Below are positions 1 through 9,354 of a stretch of DNA of 64,000 bases, in pieces. Positions within the stretch are counted from its first letter, which is position 1. Each line of letters starts with the position of its first letter. The stretch is from an uncultured Candidatus Bathyarchaeia archaeon (GTDB lineage Archaea; Thermoproteota; CALKCG01; B24; JAWCPE01). The position numbers and the translations under genes are program-made. The stretch is from positions 98-64,097 of the forward strand of contig CAYRUY010000003.1 of NCBI GenBank assembly GCA_964427455.1, given 5' to 3'. The notes beneath the pieces were generated by a model. That model did not search any database, was not told the origin of the DNA, and saw only the letters and a list, made by a program, of their open reading frames with translations.

Positions 1-852
1 CCTCAGGGCTCAGCCTGGGCGAGGTATGGGCGTTACCCCTTCGTCGCAGGGTACAGCAACGTGGGAAGAGTTCTCGAAGCCGGCGCCGAGGTGGAGACCG
101 TCAAGCCTGGGGAACGCGTTGCGAGCAGCGCCCCTCATAGTCAGTATGCGCTGGTGAAGGAGGATGACCTGGTCAAGGTTCCAGACGGGATTGGGGATGA
201 AGAGGCTTCGTTCCACACGTTGGCGTCAGGGGTGATGAACAGCGTCCGGTTGGCAGGCGTCACCCTAGGCGAGAGCATAGCTGTGGTAGGCGTCGGGCTG
301 CTAGGTCAACTAGCGGTTCAGTTCAGCCGCCTCTGCGGAGGGTTCCCCGTCGTGGCAATCGACCTCTCGCGTAGACGGTTGGCGCTCGCGAAGGAGTCAG
401 GCGCCACGGCGGTGCTTCAACCAAGTGTGGACAACGTGGAGAAAGAGCTGGAGCGTTTGACTTCCGGCCGTATGGCAGATGTGATCTTCGAGGTGACGGG
501 CAACCCGAAGGTTATCCCTTGGGCGCTCAGCCTTGCGAAGCGGCAGGGAAAGTACATCCAGCTCAGCTCTCCGACGGGAAAGAGCGAGGTCGATTTCCAC
601 GACGAGGTTAACGCCACAAGCCGGACGATAATAGGGACGCACTTCGGCAGCGCGCCTGCGTTCGAGACCCCTTACAATATGTGGACGAGGCGGCGGAACA
701 CCGAGCTCTTCTTCAACCTCGTCGCTGACGGGCACGTGAGCGTCAAGCACCTGATCAGTCATCGCTACAAGCTCGAGGAAGCCCCAGAAGCCTACAGGAT
801 GCTGCTGAGAGACAGGACTGAAGCGATGGGAGTCGTAGTCGACTTCCGATGA
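1..852 (+). CDS. Zinc-type medium-chain dehydrogenase/reductase (alcohol dehydrogenase-like), C-terminal part. The gene starts upstream of the window.
   Basis: The reading frame is open from nt 1. There is a Rossmann GxGxxG-like 'VVGVGLLGQLAVQF' and the MDR-like segment 'VETVKPGERV'. The ORF ends at 852. Confidence 0.6.
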   Translation, partial: PQGSAWARYGRYPFVAGYSNVGRVLEAGAEVETVKPGERVASSAPHSQYALVKEDDLVKVPDGIGDEEASFHTLASGVMNSVRLAGVTLGESIAVVGVGLLGQLAVQFSRLCGGFPVVAIDLSRRRLALAKESGATAVLQPSVDNVEKELERLTSGRMADVIFEVTGNPKVIPWALSLAKRQGKYIQLSSPTGKSEVDFHDEVNATSRTIIGTHFGSAPAFETPYNMWTRRRNTELFFNLVADGHVSVKHLISHRYKLEEAPEAYRMLLRDRTEAMGVVVDFR

Positions 853-928
853 ACGGCACGCAAGACGCGTAAACAATGAGTAGGCTTCGAGATTACCTCA
901 GCGACCTGTTCGAGTATAGGCTTCAGGT

Positions 929-2002
929 TCATGTCGGCAACTGCCGCAGCTTCCTCTGCTCTACGTAGTACGAGAAGTTCTCGAAGGAGATGTCCGCCGA
1001 GACGTTGTGGTCGACGCAGGGAATGTAGCCTCCCTCTCGGGCGGTCTTGAACCGGCGCGCAACCTCTGCTTGAATGGCCTCGCGGCTGTGCGCTAGGGCA
1101 CGTTTGTCAACGCCCCCTATCAGGAGTAGGCTTCTCCCATAGGTTTCCCGGAGCTTCTCTGCATCCATGCCCGCAGCGACCTCTAGGGGGATCAGGCAGT
1201 TGACGCCTGCATCGATGAGGAGCGGAAGCAGGAGCGTCGGGTCACCGTCTGTGTCGACAGCGATCACTTGGACGCCTATGCTTCTGAGGAAAGCTGCGAC
1301 CTTCCTGTAGCCTGGTTGGATGAACTCGGCGAACAGCCTAGGCGAGATATGGGGGCCGTTCTTATACGACATGTCCTCGGCGAAGTCGACGTAGTCCGGC
1401 TTCACAGCTCCTAGGGCTTCCTTGCTTGTCTCGATGAGGAAGTCAGCCCAGAAGTCGAAGAAGCCGTGTAGCGCCCTCGGTTCCCTGTAGAAGGCTGTCA
1501 ACAGGTAGGGTAGTCCCATCAGGTCTCTTGCCTGCCAGAAGAAGCCTGGGTAACGCATCCTGACAGGTCGGTCCGTCGTCCGATAGTAGTCGATGAGCTC
1601 TGGGCTCCAAGTCAAAGGGTAACGTCTCAGGTCTAGCGGGTTGAAGCGCTCTCTAACCTTCACGAGGCTCTCCGCGTTCTTGACGGGGAAGCTGAGGAAG
1701 GTGGGCATCGAGGTTGAGGTCTTCAAAGCCCTCGTGGTTATCCCCATCTCGTTGACCGCCACTCGGTACCTTGCGTCCTCCTCCAGCGTCTTAGGGACGA
1801 AGCGAGGGATAGGGCCGAAGTCTATCGGTAGGCTGTCGATCCGGTCGAAATCGAAGTAGTCTTCGACGGTCATGCCGGCCGGTAGGCCCTCGCCGTACCA
1901 GCGGTCTAGCGTATCCTTCCAATACCCAAGCCACTCATAGAGCGGGAAACGGTCGGGTCTCCGGAAGCTCATGATCGCTGTAAACCGTTCCCTGCCGTCC
2001 AA
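929..2002 (-). CDS. Uroporphyrinogen decarboxylase (URO-D/MtaA-like) family protein
   Basis: A 357-aa ORF whose overall similarity is to the URO-D fold methyltransferase/decarboxylase family. It is a paralog of the 3169..4317 and 52800..53891 products. Confidence 0.5.
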   Translation of the reverse strand: MDGRERFTAIMSFRRPDRFPLYEWLGYWKDTLDRWYGEGLPAGMTVEDYFDFDRIDSLPIDFGPIPRFVPKTLEEDARYRVAVNEMGITTRALKTSTSMPTFLSFPVKNAESLVKVRERFNPLDLRRYPLTWSPELIDYYRTTDRPVRMRYPGFFWQARDLMGLPYLLTAFYREPRALHGFFDFWADFLIETSKEALGAVKPDYVDFAEDMSYKNGPHISPRLFAEFIQPGYRKVAAFLRSIGVQVIAVDTDGDPTLLLPLLIDAGVNCLIPLEVAAGMDAEKLRETYGRSLLLIGGVDKRALAHSREAIQAEVARRFKTAREGGYIPCVDHNVSADISFENFSYYVEQRKLRQLPT

Positions 2003-2181
2003 GATCGAGGCCGTCCTTCAAGCTCTAGCGACCGGCTCGGAGGCTGGAGGGATAAAACTGTTGCCTTCGCCTGCGAAGTCGAGGCACCATTTACGGAGCT
2101 AGCTTGAGACGAGGCCTCTCTCAGCAGCTGGGACAACTCTTATATCTGCAACGTCAAGGTCAGGCTGCTCGGTGAAGCTTC

Positions 2182-2919
2182 TTGTGGATCAGGAGTTGGT
2201 TAGACAGCCCCTCAACAGCCACGCATGGAAACCTGATCGAGCGCGTCATCTTCACGCGGAAAGACCCATCCGCGCCCACAAGGCCCGAGGCTGAGCTGTT
2301 CAACATAGGGAGCATATCTCACGCCAGCTTAGAGCCTAACACGACAACTGTTCCCACGGCTCACAGCGACTATCAGGAGATCCTGTACGTGGAGTACGGT
2401 GAGGGCTATGTCACGGCGGGAGAGCAGAAGAGGGAGGTCAGGGAAGGCTCGATCGCGCTCATTCCGCAAGGACTCTCCCATTCGATCATCAATGATACCG
2501 ATGAGCCACTTGAGATGGTCTCCATGATAGACGATGTTCCCCCAGGGCTGGAAGAGAAGGCTGCCAAACAACTGGTGGTCAGAAACTATCATGAGATCCC
2601 AGTTGGGACGACAACGTCTCACTGGCACCACATTGTGAGAGGGCTGTTAGACTCGGGAGACGGGCTTGTGACCATTGGAAACGTATTGATGGTTGAGATC
2701 GACGGCATGCAGATCGCTGAACCACACGCGCATCCGGCGAACAGGGATGAGGTCTGGTACCAGCTTGAAGGCATAAGCCTCATGTTCCTAGACCAAGAGA
2801 TCCGGAGGCAATACCCGGGCGAGGCCGTCGCAGTCCCACCTGGGGTTCAACACTCCTCCATCAACGACAGCGACGAACTCATGCGATGGCTCTACGTCTC
2901 AGCAAGCGGCAGAGCGTAG
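2182..2919 (+). CDS. Bicupin (two cupin barrels) protein
   Basis: A 245-aa ORF with motifs 'HGNLIERVIFTR' and '..HSSINDSDE..'. It is clearly paralogous to the 48617..49351 product ('HGNIVERTIFTR', 'HSSINHTDE'). Confidence 0.55.
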   Translation: MWIRSWLDSPSTATHGNLIERVIFTRKDPSAPTRPEAELFNIGSISHASLEPNTTTVPTAHSDYQEILYVEYGEGYVTAGEQKREVREGSIALIPQGLSHSIINDTDEPLEMVSMIDDVPPGLEEKAAKQLVVRNYHEIPVGTTTSHWHHIVRGLLDSGDGLVTIGNVLMVEIDGMQIAEPHAHPANRDEVWYQLEGISLMFLDQEIRRQYPGEAVAVPPGVQHSSINDSDELMRWLYVSASGRA

Positions 2920-3168
2920 GAATACTCTCACGCAGAGGGACTGCGGATCAGCAGCCCCATATCCCCTTCTTCTCAGCTACTCTCCACCACTGAGCCATAT
3001 TCATCGCCCATCTTCATCCCTATCACCTAGAGGGAGTGCGGAACAACACTCGCGATGCAGCCTAAACGACCGATCCTCGTAAGCAGGCCAATACCCTACT
3101 CGCGCTACCCGGCAGACCCGGGAAACGATTTATCGGCGCGGCAACGCATCGGTGACGGCGGCATAAGG

Positions 3169-4317
3169 ATGGATTCCAGAGAGAGGGTTCTGAGGGCGCT
3201 CCACCTAGAGGAGCCTGACAAGGTTCCTGTCTCGGAGCTGACGATCAACCCGCCCGTGATGGAGCAGGTGATCGGCAAGCAGACGGTTCCCGCGTACTCG
3301 GACGCATCCTCGCTCAGTGACTCCGAGCTTAGAGTTCGACGCGTGAAGCAGGAAGTGGAGGCCCGGGTGGAATGCTACAGGAAGCTCGGCATGGACATGG
3401 TCGGCAGCCCCTACGGGGTCGCAGACAGCTTCGTCTCGAAGCCCCTAGGGCCGAACCAAGTGCTAGGCGAGTGGGCTGAACTCTACGAGGCGAAGCCTCC
3501 ATACTCAGGGCTCTGGTACGTTAGAGGTACCATAAACGGCCCCGCGGACTACGAGGCCTTCCAGAAGCCTGACCCTTGCGCGTCGGGCAGGCTGGAGATG
3601 ATCCGAGAGACAGTTCGCCAGACAAGGGGTGAGATGGCCGTTCTAGGCCAAGCCTACCACGGCTGGAAGCAAGCCTTCCAGATGCGCGGCATCAGCGGCA
3701 TCCTCACAGACCTATACTTGAGGCCTAGCTTCGCGGAGCGAATGCTCAAAGACAACAACCGGTTCTTCGTCGAAGTCATCAAGGGCATGATAGACTCCGG
3801 CGCTGACGTAGTCTCGCTTCAAGACGACTTCGCGGACGTGAAGGGACCCTGGATGCCTCCCAGCCTCTTCAGGCGCTTCCTAGCCCCCATCATCAGAAAC
3901 GCGGTCGAGACCATCCATAAGGGGGGTGTCCCAGCCGTGCTCCACTGCGACGGCAACCTCTACCCAGTCCTCGACGACCTAGTCACGACGGGCATCGACG
4001 GGCTTCACGCGATAGAGCCCGCCGCAGGCATGGACATAGGGCGCGTCAAGGAGCTTCACGGGGACCGGATCTGCCTCCTCGGCAATATCGACTGCTCGAT
4101 CACGCTTCCCTTAGGAACTGTCGTTGAGGTCGAGGCTGAGGTTCAAGGCTGTATCGCTAAGGCGGCTCAAGGGGGTGGCCACGTGCTTACCTCGAGCAAC
4201 TCGATCCACGACTCGGTCAAGGTTGAGAACCTCCTGGCGATGATATCGGCTGCACGACGATACGGCGTCTATACCCACGGCGTCCAAGCCCAAGAGCCCC
4301 TGAGGAGTTGCGGCTAG
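3169..4317 (+). CDS. Uroporphyrinogen decarboxylase (URO-D/MtaA-like) family protein
   Basis: 'MDSRERVLRALHLEEPDKVPV' is a typical URO-D family N-terminus. The ORF track starts at 3055, but the internal ATG at 3169 fits the family length better. Confidence 0.6.
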   Translation: MDSRERVLRALHLEEPDKVPVSELTINPPVMEQVIGKQTVPAYSDASSLSDSELRVRRVKQEVEARVECYRKLGMDMVGSPYGVADSFVSKPLGPNQVLGEWAELYEAKPPYSGLWYVRGTINGPADYEAFQKPDPCASGRLEMIRETVRQTRGEMAVLGQAYHGWKQAFQMRGISGILTDLYLRPSFAERMLKDNNRFFVEVIKGMIDSGADVVSLQDDFADVKGPWMPPSLFRRFLAPIIRNAVETIHKGGVPAVLHCDGNLYPVLDDLVTTGIDGLHAIEPAAGMDIGRVKELHGDRICLLGNIDCSITLPLGTVVEVEAEVQGCIAKAAQGGGHVLTSSNSIHDSVKVENLLAMISAARRYGVYTHGVQAQEPLRSCG

Positions 4318-4389
4318 GCCGATTCGGTCCGATTCGTCTATACGTGTCGCGAGGTTCCCCACGCTCTACCATCTGCTGGTGACTAGGCC

Positions 4390-5313
4390 ATGGCGTTGGT
4401 CATTGAACGGTATTCGCCGGAGAGCCCTCCAGGTGACATCGTGGAGCTGCGTAATCGCTGCTACGCGGATAGCCCAGGCTTCTCCCCTCTCACCTTGAAG
4501 CAGTTCGAGGAGCTAAGGGCGCAGGCAGGGTTTAGGCCTGAGCTCCTGCTGACCGCCTACCTTAGCGGCAAGCCTGTTGGACTCTGCCTTGCGATTCTCC
4601 GGCAAGGGGACACAACAGGCTGGCTGGAATGGATCGGCGTCCTGCCCAGCTACAGGAGGAGACGCGTGGCTAAGGCTCTCCTAGAGCGATGCGTTGACTC
4701 GCTCCGTGTGGCTGGGGCCGGTGAGTTGTCCGTTCACTCGGTCGGGCTGGGAGACCTGAATGCGAAGAGCTTCCTTGAGAGCCAAGGCTTCAAGGTGGCC
4801 TACCATCAACTGCTCATGGTGAGAAACGTCGCAACGCCACTTCCAGACTCGCCTCTGCCATCATCTTACAGGGTCAGAACGCTCAGGCCCGGGGAGGAGG
4901 AAGCCTGGCTGAGGGTTCGGAATGAATCGTTCCGCGAGGAGCCCATAGCGCGCCATGCATGGAGCCTCGAAGACTTCAGGAGAGAGTTCGCCGAGAGCCC
5001 TTACTCTGAGAGAGGCAGGATTTTCGTCGCTGAACATTCCAGTGAGGTCGTAGGTGTGGTTGCGGCTTGGGTCTTCCCGTATCACAACGTTGAAAGAGAG
5101 ATGGTCCACTGGCTTGGGGTCCTCCCTCAACACAGACGGAGGGGGCTGGGCCAAGCCTTGGTCGTCGAAGCCCTGAGGTTCTTCAAGGCAAGCGGCGCGA
5201 AGCAGGCCCGGCTGATAACGCAGTCTGCGTTGCCGAAGGCTGTGAGGCTCTACAGAAAGCTGGGCTTCGAGGTTGAGGAGGAACGAGCCGTCTACTCGAA
5301 ACCCATCGCCTAG
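4390..5313 (+). CDS. GNAT-family N-acetyltransferase (tandem GNAT domains)
   Basis: A 307-aa ORF with two acetyl-CoA-binding-like segments ('RRRRVAKALLERCVD' and 'QHRRRGLGQALVVEALRFFK'). Confidence 0.55.
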   Translation: MALVIERYSPESPPGDIVELRNRCYADSPGFSPLTLKQFEELRAQAGFRPELLLTAYLSGKPVGLCLAILRQGDTTGWLEWIGVLPSYRRRRVAKALLERCVDSLRVAGAGELSVHSVGLGDLNAKSFLESQGFKVAYHQLLMVRNVATPLPDSPLPSSYRVRTLRPGEEEAWLRVRNESFREEPIARHAWSLEDFRREFAESPYSERGRIFVAEHSSEVVGVVAAWVFPYHNVEREMVHWLGVLPQHRRRGLGQALVVEALRFFKASGAKQARLITQSALPKAVRLYRKLGFEVEEERAVYSKPIA

Positions 5314-5410
5314 GCCGTCCCTTCATGATGGTCGCGGCCCCTACAGCATTGCTCCTGCTTCAGGCCAGAGCTTAAAGGCTCACGAAGCCAAGCTACGCCC
5401 ATTGATCCCC

Positions 5411-6151
5411 ATGAACCTCGTTGAGATCCCCGCGGAGTTCAAGCAGTGGATCTGGCTCCTAGCACCGAGACCGTGCAACTTGGTGACGACCGTTTCAACA
5501 GACGGACGGGTGAACGTAGCCACCATGTATTCATCGCAGATCATATCTTACCAGTTCACTCCCAGAAGCCCGCTCGCCTCGAACCTTGTGAGCTTCTCGG
5601 TCCATAGGTCAAGGCATACCTACGAGTGCGTGAATGAGACAGGCGAATTCGTCGTGAACACGCCGGGACTAGAAATAATCGAAGCCGTCGAGAAGGCTGG
5701 GCTGACGCGTCCCAAGGCTAGGAATGAGGCTCTAAGCCTAGGGCTCACACCTGTCGAGTCGCAGAAGGTGGAGCCGCCGAGGCTTGCAGAGTGCCTCGCG
5801 CACCTCGAGTGCAAAGTGACAGAGGTTCAGAGGCAGGGCGACTACCATCTCGTCATAGGGCGAGTCATCGCTGCTTCTGCAAGGGAGAGCGTCGTTGAGA
5901 AGGCGGCAAGGAGAACGGATGCCTCGTGGGGCCCAGCGGGGACTCTGACAGAGAACGCGGGCTACGCGAAGGAGTACGACTCTTACCTTCTCAGAGGCGA
6001 GTGGGCGGTCCAAGCCTACCTCGTCAGCCTCAGGTTCTATGACAAAGCATGCTATGACTCAGCCCTCAGGAGGCTTCTCGGCTCACAGAGCGGGCTTGAT
6101 ACACGTGGCGCATCGCAGCCAAGGCGTGTGAGAGGAAGTAGTACAACATAG
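5411..6151 (+). CDS. Flavin reductase-like (FMN-binding split-barrel) domain protein
   Basis: 'PRPCNLVTTVSTDGRVNVATMYSSQI' matches the flavin reductase-like domain signature. The ATG at 5411 is preferred over the upstream start, which overlaps the GNAT gene. Confidence 0.5.
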   Translation: MNLVEIPAEFKQWIWLLAPRPCNLVTTVSTDGRVNVATMYSSQIISYQFTPRSPLASNLVSFSVHRSRHTYECVNETGEFVVNTPGLEIIEAVEKAGLTRPKARNEALSLGLTPVESQKVEPPRLAECLAHLECKVTEVQRQGDYHLVIGRVIAASARESVVEKAARRTDASWGPAGTLTENAGYAKEYDSYLLRGEWAVQAYLVSLRFYDKACYDSALRRLLGSQSGLDTRGASQPRRVRGSSTT

Positions 6152-6156
6152 ACGAC

Positions 6157-6603
6157 TTGAGAATCAGCATCAACGTCCTGCCTACCGACGGCGGTGGGAA
6201 TCTGGCCGGTATCTTCGACAGGACGAACGCTTACATCCTCTCGCAAGCGCAGGCCCTCCCGGTCGAGGCGATGGCGCCTCCAAAGGACAAGCCCAAGCGC
6301 ATCTTTTTCGCTCTTCCGGGCATGCTCGACAAGATCAAGGCCCGACAGGTCACATGCACGTATAGGCCGAACGCTAGAAACGGCCTATACGAGGTCCACA
6401 CGGGGAGCCGGTTTGACGCAAAGCCTACTGGCATCATCATCGAAGTGTACCAGACTGAGGCGGTGGAGACGGCGAAGCTCAAGGACTCCGATGCGCAGTT
6501 GGCGGGGGTTGCCTCGGCCAGAGAACTTCTAGAACACCTTGACAGATGGTATGACGGAGTGCCATCAACTATCACCAGGAACTGGTTCAGGCTAGTCGAG
6601 TAG
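6157..6603 (+). CDS. Hypothetical protein (possible ASCH/PUA-like fold, weak)
   Basis: A 148-aa ORF in the same orientation as its neighbours. I recognised no strong motif. Confidence 0.3.
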   Translation: MRISINVLPTDGGGNLAGIFDRTNAYILSQAQALPVEAMAPPKDKPKRIFFALPGMLDKIKARQVTCTYRPNARNGLYEVHTGSRFDAKPTGIIIEVYQTEAVETAKLKDSDAQLAGVASARELLEHLDRWYDGVPSTITRNWFRLVE

Positions 6604-6705
6604 GCACGCTCGGATCGACGCTTCACAGCCAACAGACTTCCATAGGATGAACTCGTTCGGTCAAGGCTTATTACCAGACCTGCAGGAGGCATCCCGTGGA
6701 GATAT

Positions 6706-7773
6706 TTGCCGAGCAGAGTTGTTCTCCACATCGACCTCGACGCGTTCTTCCCCTCCGTTGAGGCGAGGCAGAACCCTGACCTCAAGGGCAAGCCTGTCAT
6801 CGTAGGCGCAGACCCGAAGCAGGGCAGGGGCCGAGGCGTAGTCAGCAGCGCTTCGTACGAAGCGAGAAAGTATGGGATACGGTCGGCGATGCCCGTCTCA
6901 ACGGCTTGGCGGCTATGCCCGCAGGCAATCTATCTCCCGGTGAACTATCCCCTCTACGAGCAGGCATCGGCGAAGGTGATGGCGCTCCTGAAGAGCTACG
7001 CAGACAGGTTCGAGCAGGCAGGAATCGACGAAGCCTTCCTCGACGTAACCAATCGAGTCCAAGGCTTCGAGGATGCAGCTAGGCTCGCGAAGAGAATCCA
7101 GCAAGAGCTCTTGGAGAAGGAAGGCCTCACGTGTTCAGTAGGCGTAGCGCCGAACAAGCTGGTCGCGAAGATCGCATCGGACTTCCAGAAGCCCTCAGGA
7201 CTGACAGTCGTCACCCCTGAGGCGGTCAGAGGTTTTCTCTACCCGCTCCCGGTCAGAAAGCTATGGGGTGTCGGGCCGAAAACGGAGAAAGCTCTCCAAT
7301 CTTTGGGCATACGGACTATAGGCGACCAAGCCAGCTTCGACCCTACCGCTTTGGAGAAGGCGTTCGGTGCTTGGGGCCGTAGGCTCCGGGAGCTAGCTAG
7401 CGGCGTTGACGAGAGCCCTGTGGAGGAGCGAGGCGAGGTCAAATCGGTAAGCAGAGAGACCACGTTCCAAGAAGACACCGATGACCGTGAAGTAATCCTT
7501 GGAACCCTAGACGTGTTGGCTCGGCAGGTCCACCGCGACCTTCAAGCCTCTGGCCTCAGCTATAGAACTGTCTCCATCAAGCTTCGATACGAGGACTTTG
7601 AGACCCATACGCACGCTGAATCGTTGCCTTTCACAACAGACAAGCTGGAACCAATCCGGGAGAAGGCGAAGATTCTAGCCAGAAGGTTTCTGCGCGACAA
7701 GAGAAAGGTAAGGCTCGTAGGGGTAAGAGTGTCGGCTCTCGTCTCAGGTCATGGGCAGAAGACCTTGGCGTAG
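6706..7773 (+). CDS. dinB: Y-family DNA polymerase IV (Dpo4/DinB)
   Basis: 'VLHIDLDAFFPSVEARQNPDLKGKPVIVGA' and 'SASYEARKYGIRSAMP...IDEAFLDVT' are canonical DinB/Dpo4 motifs. The apparent start is TTG. Confidence 0.85.
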   Translation: MPSRVVLHIDLDAFFPSVEARQNPDLKGKPVIVGADPKQGRGRGVVSSASYEARKYGIRSAMPVSTAWRLCPQAIYLPVNYPLYEQASAKVMALLKSYADRFEQAGIDEAFLDVTNRVQGFEDAARLAKRIQQELLEKEGLTCSVGVAPNKLVAKIASDFQKPSGLTVVTPEAVRGFLYPLPVRKLWGVGPKTEKALQSLGIRTIGDQASFDPTALEKAFGAWGRRLRELASGVDESPVEERGEVKSVSRETTFQEDTDDREVILGTLDVLARQVHRDLQASGLSYRTVSIKLRYEDFETHTHAESLPFTTDKLEPIREKAKILARRFLRDKRKVRLVGVRVSALVSGHGQKTLA

Positions 7774-7874
7774 GCCAGCCTGTCCGCGTAGAGATGGAAG
7801 CTGGCGGAGGGCGTGGAGATCCCCTTCAAACCTTAAGAGGGGGCTGACGGAAACGTCCAGGAGCGGAGAGGCGT

Positions 7875-8075
7875 ATGGTCTATAAGAAGATTGAGCTGGT
7901 AGGCGTCTCCTCAAAGGACTTCTCAGACGCGGTTCAGAACGCGGTTCACGAGGCTGCGAAGACCTTGAGAGGACTAAAATGGGTTGAGGTCGTCAACCTC
8001 CGAGCCCACGTTGAGAAGGACACGATTAGAGAGTACGAGGCGACAGTCAAACTCGCTTTCGAGGTTGAAAGGTAA
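7875..8075 (+). CDS. Dodecin (flavin-binding) family protein
   Basis: The 66-aa product 'MVYKKIELVGVSSKDFSDAVQNAVHEA...' matches dodecin in both length and N-terminal pattern. Confidence 0.7.
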   Translation: MVYKKIELVGVSSKDFSDAVQNAVHEAAKTLRGLKWVEVVNLRAHVEKDTIREYEATVKLAFEVER

Positions 8076-8222
8076 CCCTCTGGACGCACCTAGACCCTTC
8101 TCCCCGGGCACGACGCCTGGTCGTCCAGCTGGCCTCTGCTCCACATAGGCGCCAGATGAACGAGGACAAGGGTCAGCGGAGGGCCTGCCCTAGCTATCGA
8201 ACCCTATCGACTACCTGCACTG

Positions 8223-9254
8223 CTACGCGTGCGTCTTGGCTCCGAGCTTCCTGTAGGCCTCGCCGAGCGTTTGCCAGACCAAGTCCGGCCGGTCTGAGGC
8301 CAGGATGCTGCCGAGCCCGCCCCTGAAGGGCCAGGCGTAGATTGAGCAAACGTTCATCTCTGCTGCCATCTCGACCGCTTTGGCAAGCTCCCATTCTCGG
8401 CCGTGGGGAACACGGAAGGCTTGAACCCATATCTGGCAACGTTTCCCATGTCGGTCTGAGAGGCTCTTGGCTCTCCAGGCTCGTTCTCTGAAGAACCTCA
8501 GGCCTTCCTCAGTGGCCATGTCGTACCAATAGGGGTCGGTTGAGAAGATGTCCATCTCCTTTATGCTGAAGACTTTCTCCCAGTCTGAAACCCCGTACCG
8601 TGGGTCTTCCCTCGGGAGAAGGCATAGGACGACCTCCTTGCCTAGGTCTGTCTGCTTGACCCGCTTGGACATCTCGCCTAGGAATCCGAGGATCATGCTC
8701 TGCCTGAACTCTAAGACCTCCGCCGTGAGGGCTCTAGGCATCTCGAAGCCATACTCTCTCTTGAACAACTCCTGACAGACAGGGCAACAGCAGCCCCACT
8801 CATCCAAGGTTGCCCCATGCGCGTAATGAGGCTCATCCCAGAAGAAGGCATCAACGTCTGTCTCTCGGCCAAGCCGCTCTATGGCTTCGAACGCATAGCT
8901 CCTGAAGGCCTCTGTGTTGAAACAGGCAACGTTGAAGACCTGCCCGTTCTTGGCTGACACCTGACGGTTTCCCGGGTTCTCCTGAAGAAAGATGCTCGGA
9001 GGCTCACCGCCGAAAGTCTTTCCCCAGCCCCATAGGTCCAAGTAGACCCTCAGTCCCATGGCCCTAGCCTCGTCGATGAGCCTCCTAACGTTCTGAAACC
9101 AGAAATCCACGTCAAACTCGGAGACGGCGAGCAGAACAGAGCTGCAGCCATGCTCCAGCATCTCTTGGAAGTCCAGAACAGCCCTATCCGGGTAGGCGAC
9201 CCCGTAATAGCTTACACCTGTCTCTTCGACCAATCGGTTCCCCACCTCTAGCAT
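8223..9254 (-). CDS. TIM-barrel glycoside hydrolase-like protein with a Cys cluster (GH42/GH5-like?)
   Basis: A 343-aa ORF containing 'LDLWGWGKTFGG' and a 'CCCPVCQ' cysteine cluster that recalls a zinc site. Family assignment is uncertain. Confidence 0.35.
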   Translation of the reverse strand: MLEVGNRLVEETGVSYYGVAYPDRAVLDFQEMLEHGCSSVLLAVSEFDVDFWFQNVRRLIDEARAMGLRVYLDLWGWGKTFGGEPPSIFLQENPGNRQVSAKNGQVFNVACFNTEAFRSYAFEAIERLGRETDVDAFFWDEPHYAHGATLDEWGCCCPVCQELFKREYGFEMPRALTAEVLEFRQSMILGFLGEMSKRVKQTDLGKEVVLCLLPREDPRYGVSDWEKVFSIKEMDIFSTDPYWYDMATEEGLRFFRERAWRAKSLSDRHGKRCQIWVQAFRVPHGREWELAKAVEMAAEMNVCSIYAWPFRGGLGSILASDRPDLVWQTLGEAYRKLGAKTHA

Positions 9255-9354
9255 GGATTCGCATTGCGTCCTGTGGTGAAAAACCTTCGGGAGCGCATCT
9301 TCAAAGCGCCGGAAAGGTTGAAGTCATGTTCAACTCTTAGCCCGCTGATGCAGG

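Noticed and set aside
397-876. A 159-aa minus-strand ORF lying inside the alcohol-dehydrogenase-like gene. It is one of many similar antisense or overlapping ORFs, for example 13655..14125, 15106..15711, 37236..37754 and 44456..44986.
   Set aside because: High-GC DNA produces long spurious ORFs on the opposite strand. These ORFs are Arg/Ala/Pro-rich, carry no motifs, and overlap well-supported genes throughout.
6194-6532. A 112-aa Arg/Ser-rich ORF (RKRRPSRSRRWRLQRTS...)
   Set aside because: It is an alternative frame of the 6157..6603 gene. Its low-complexity basic composition is typical of GC-rich out-of-frame translation.
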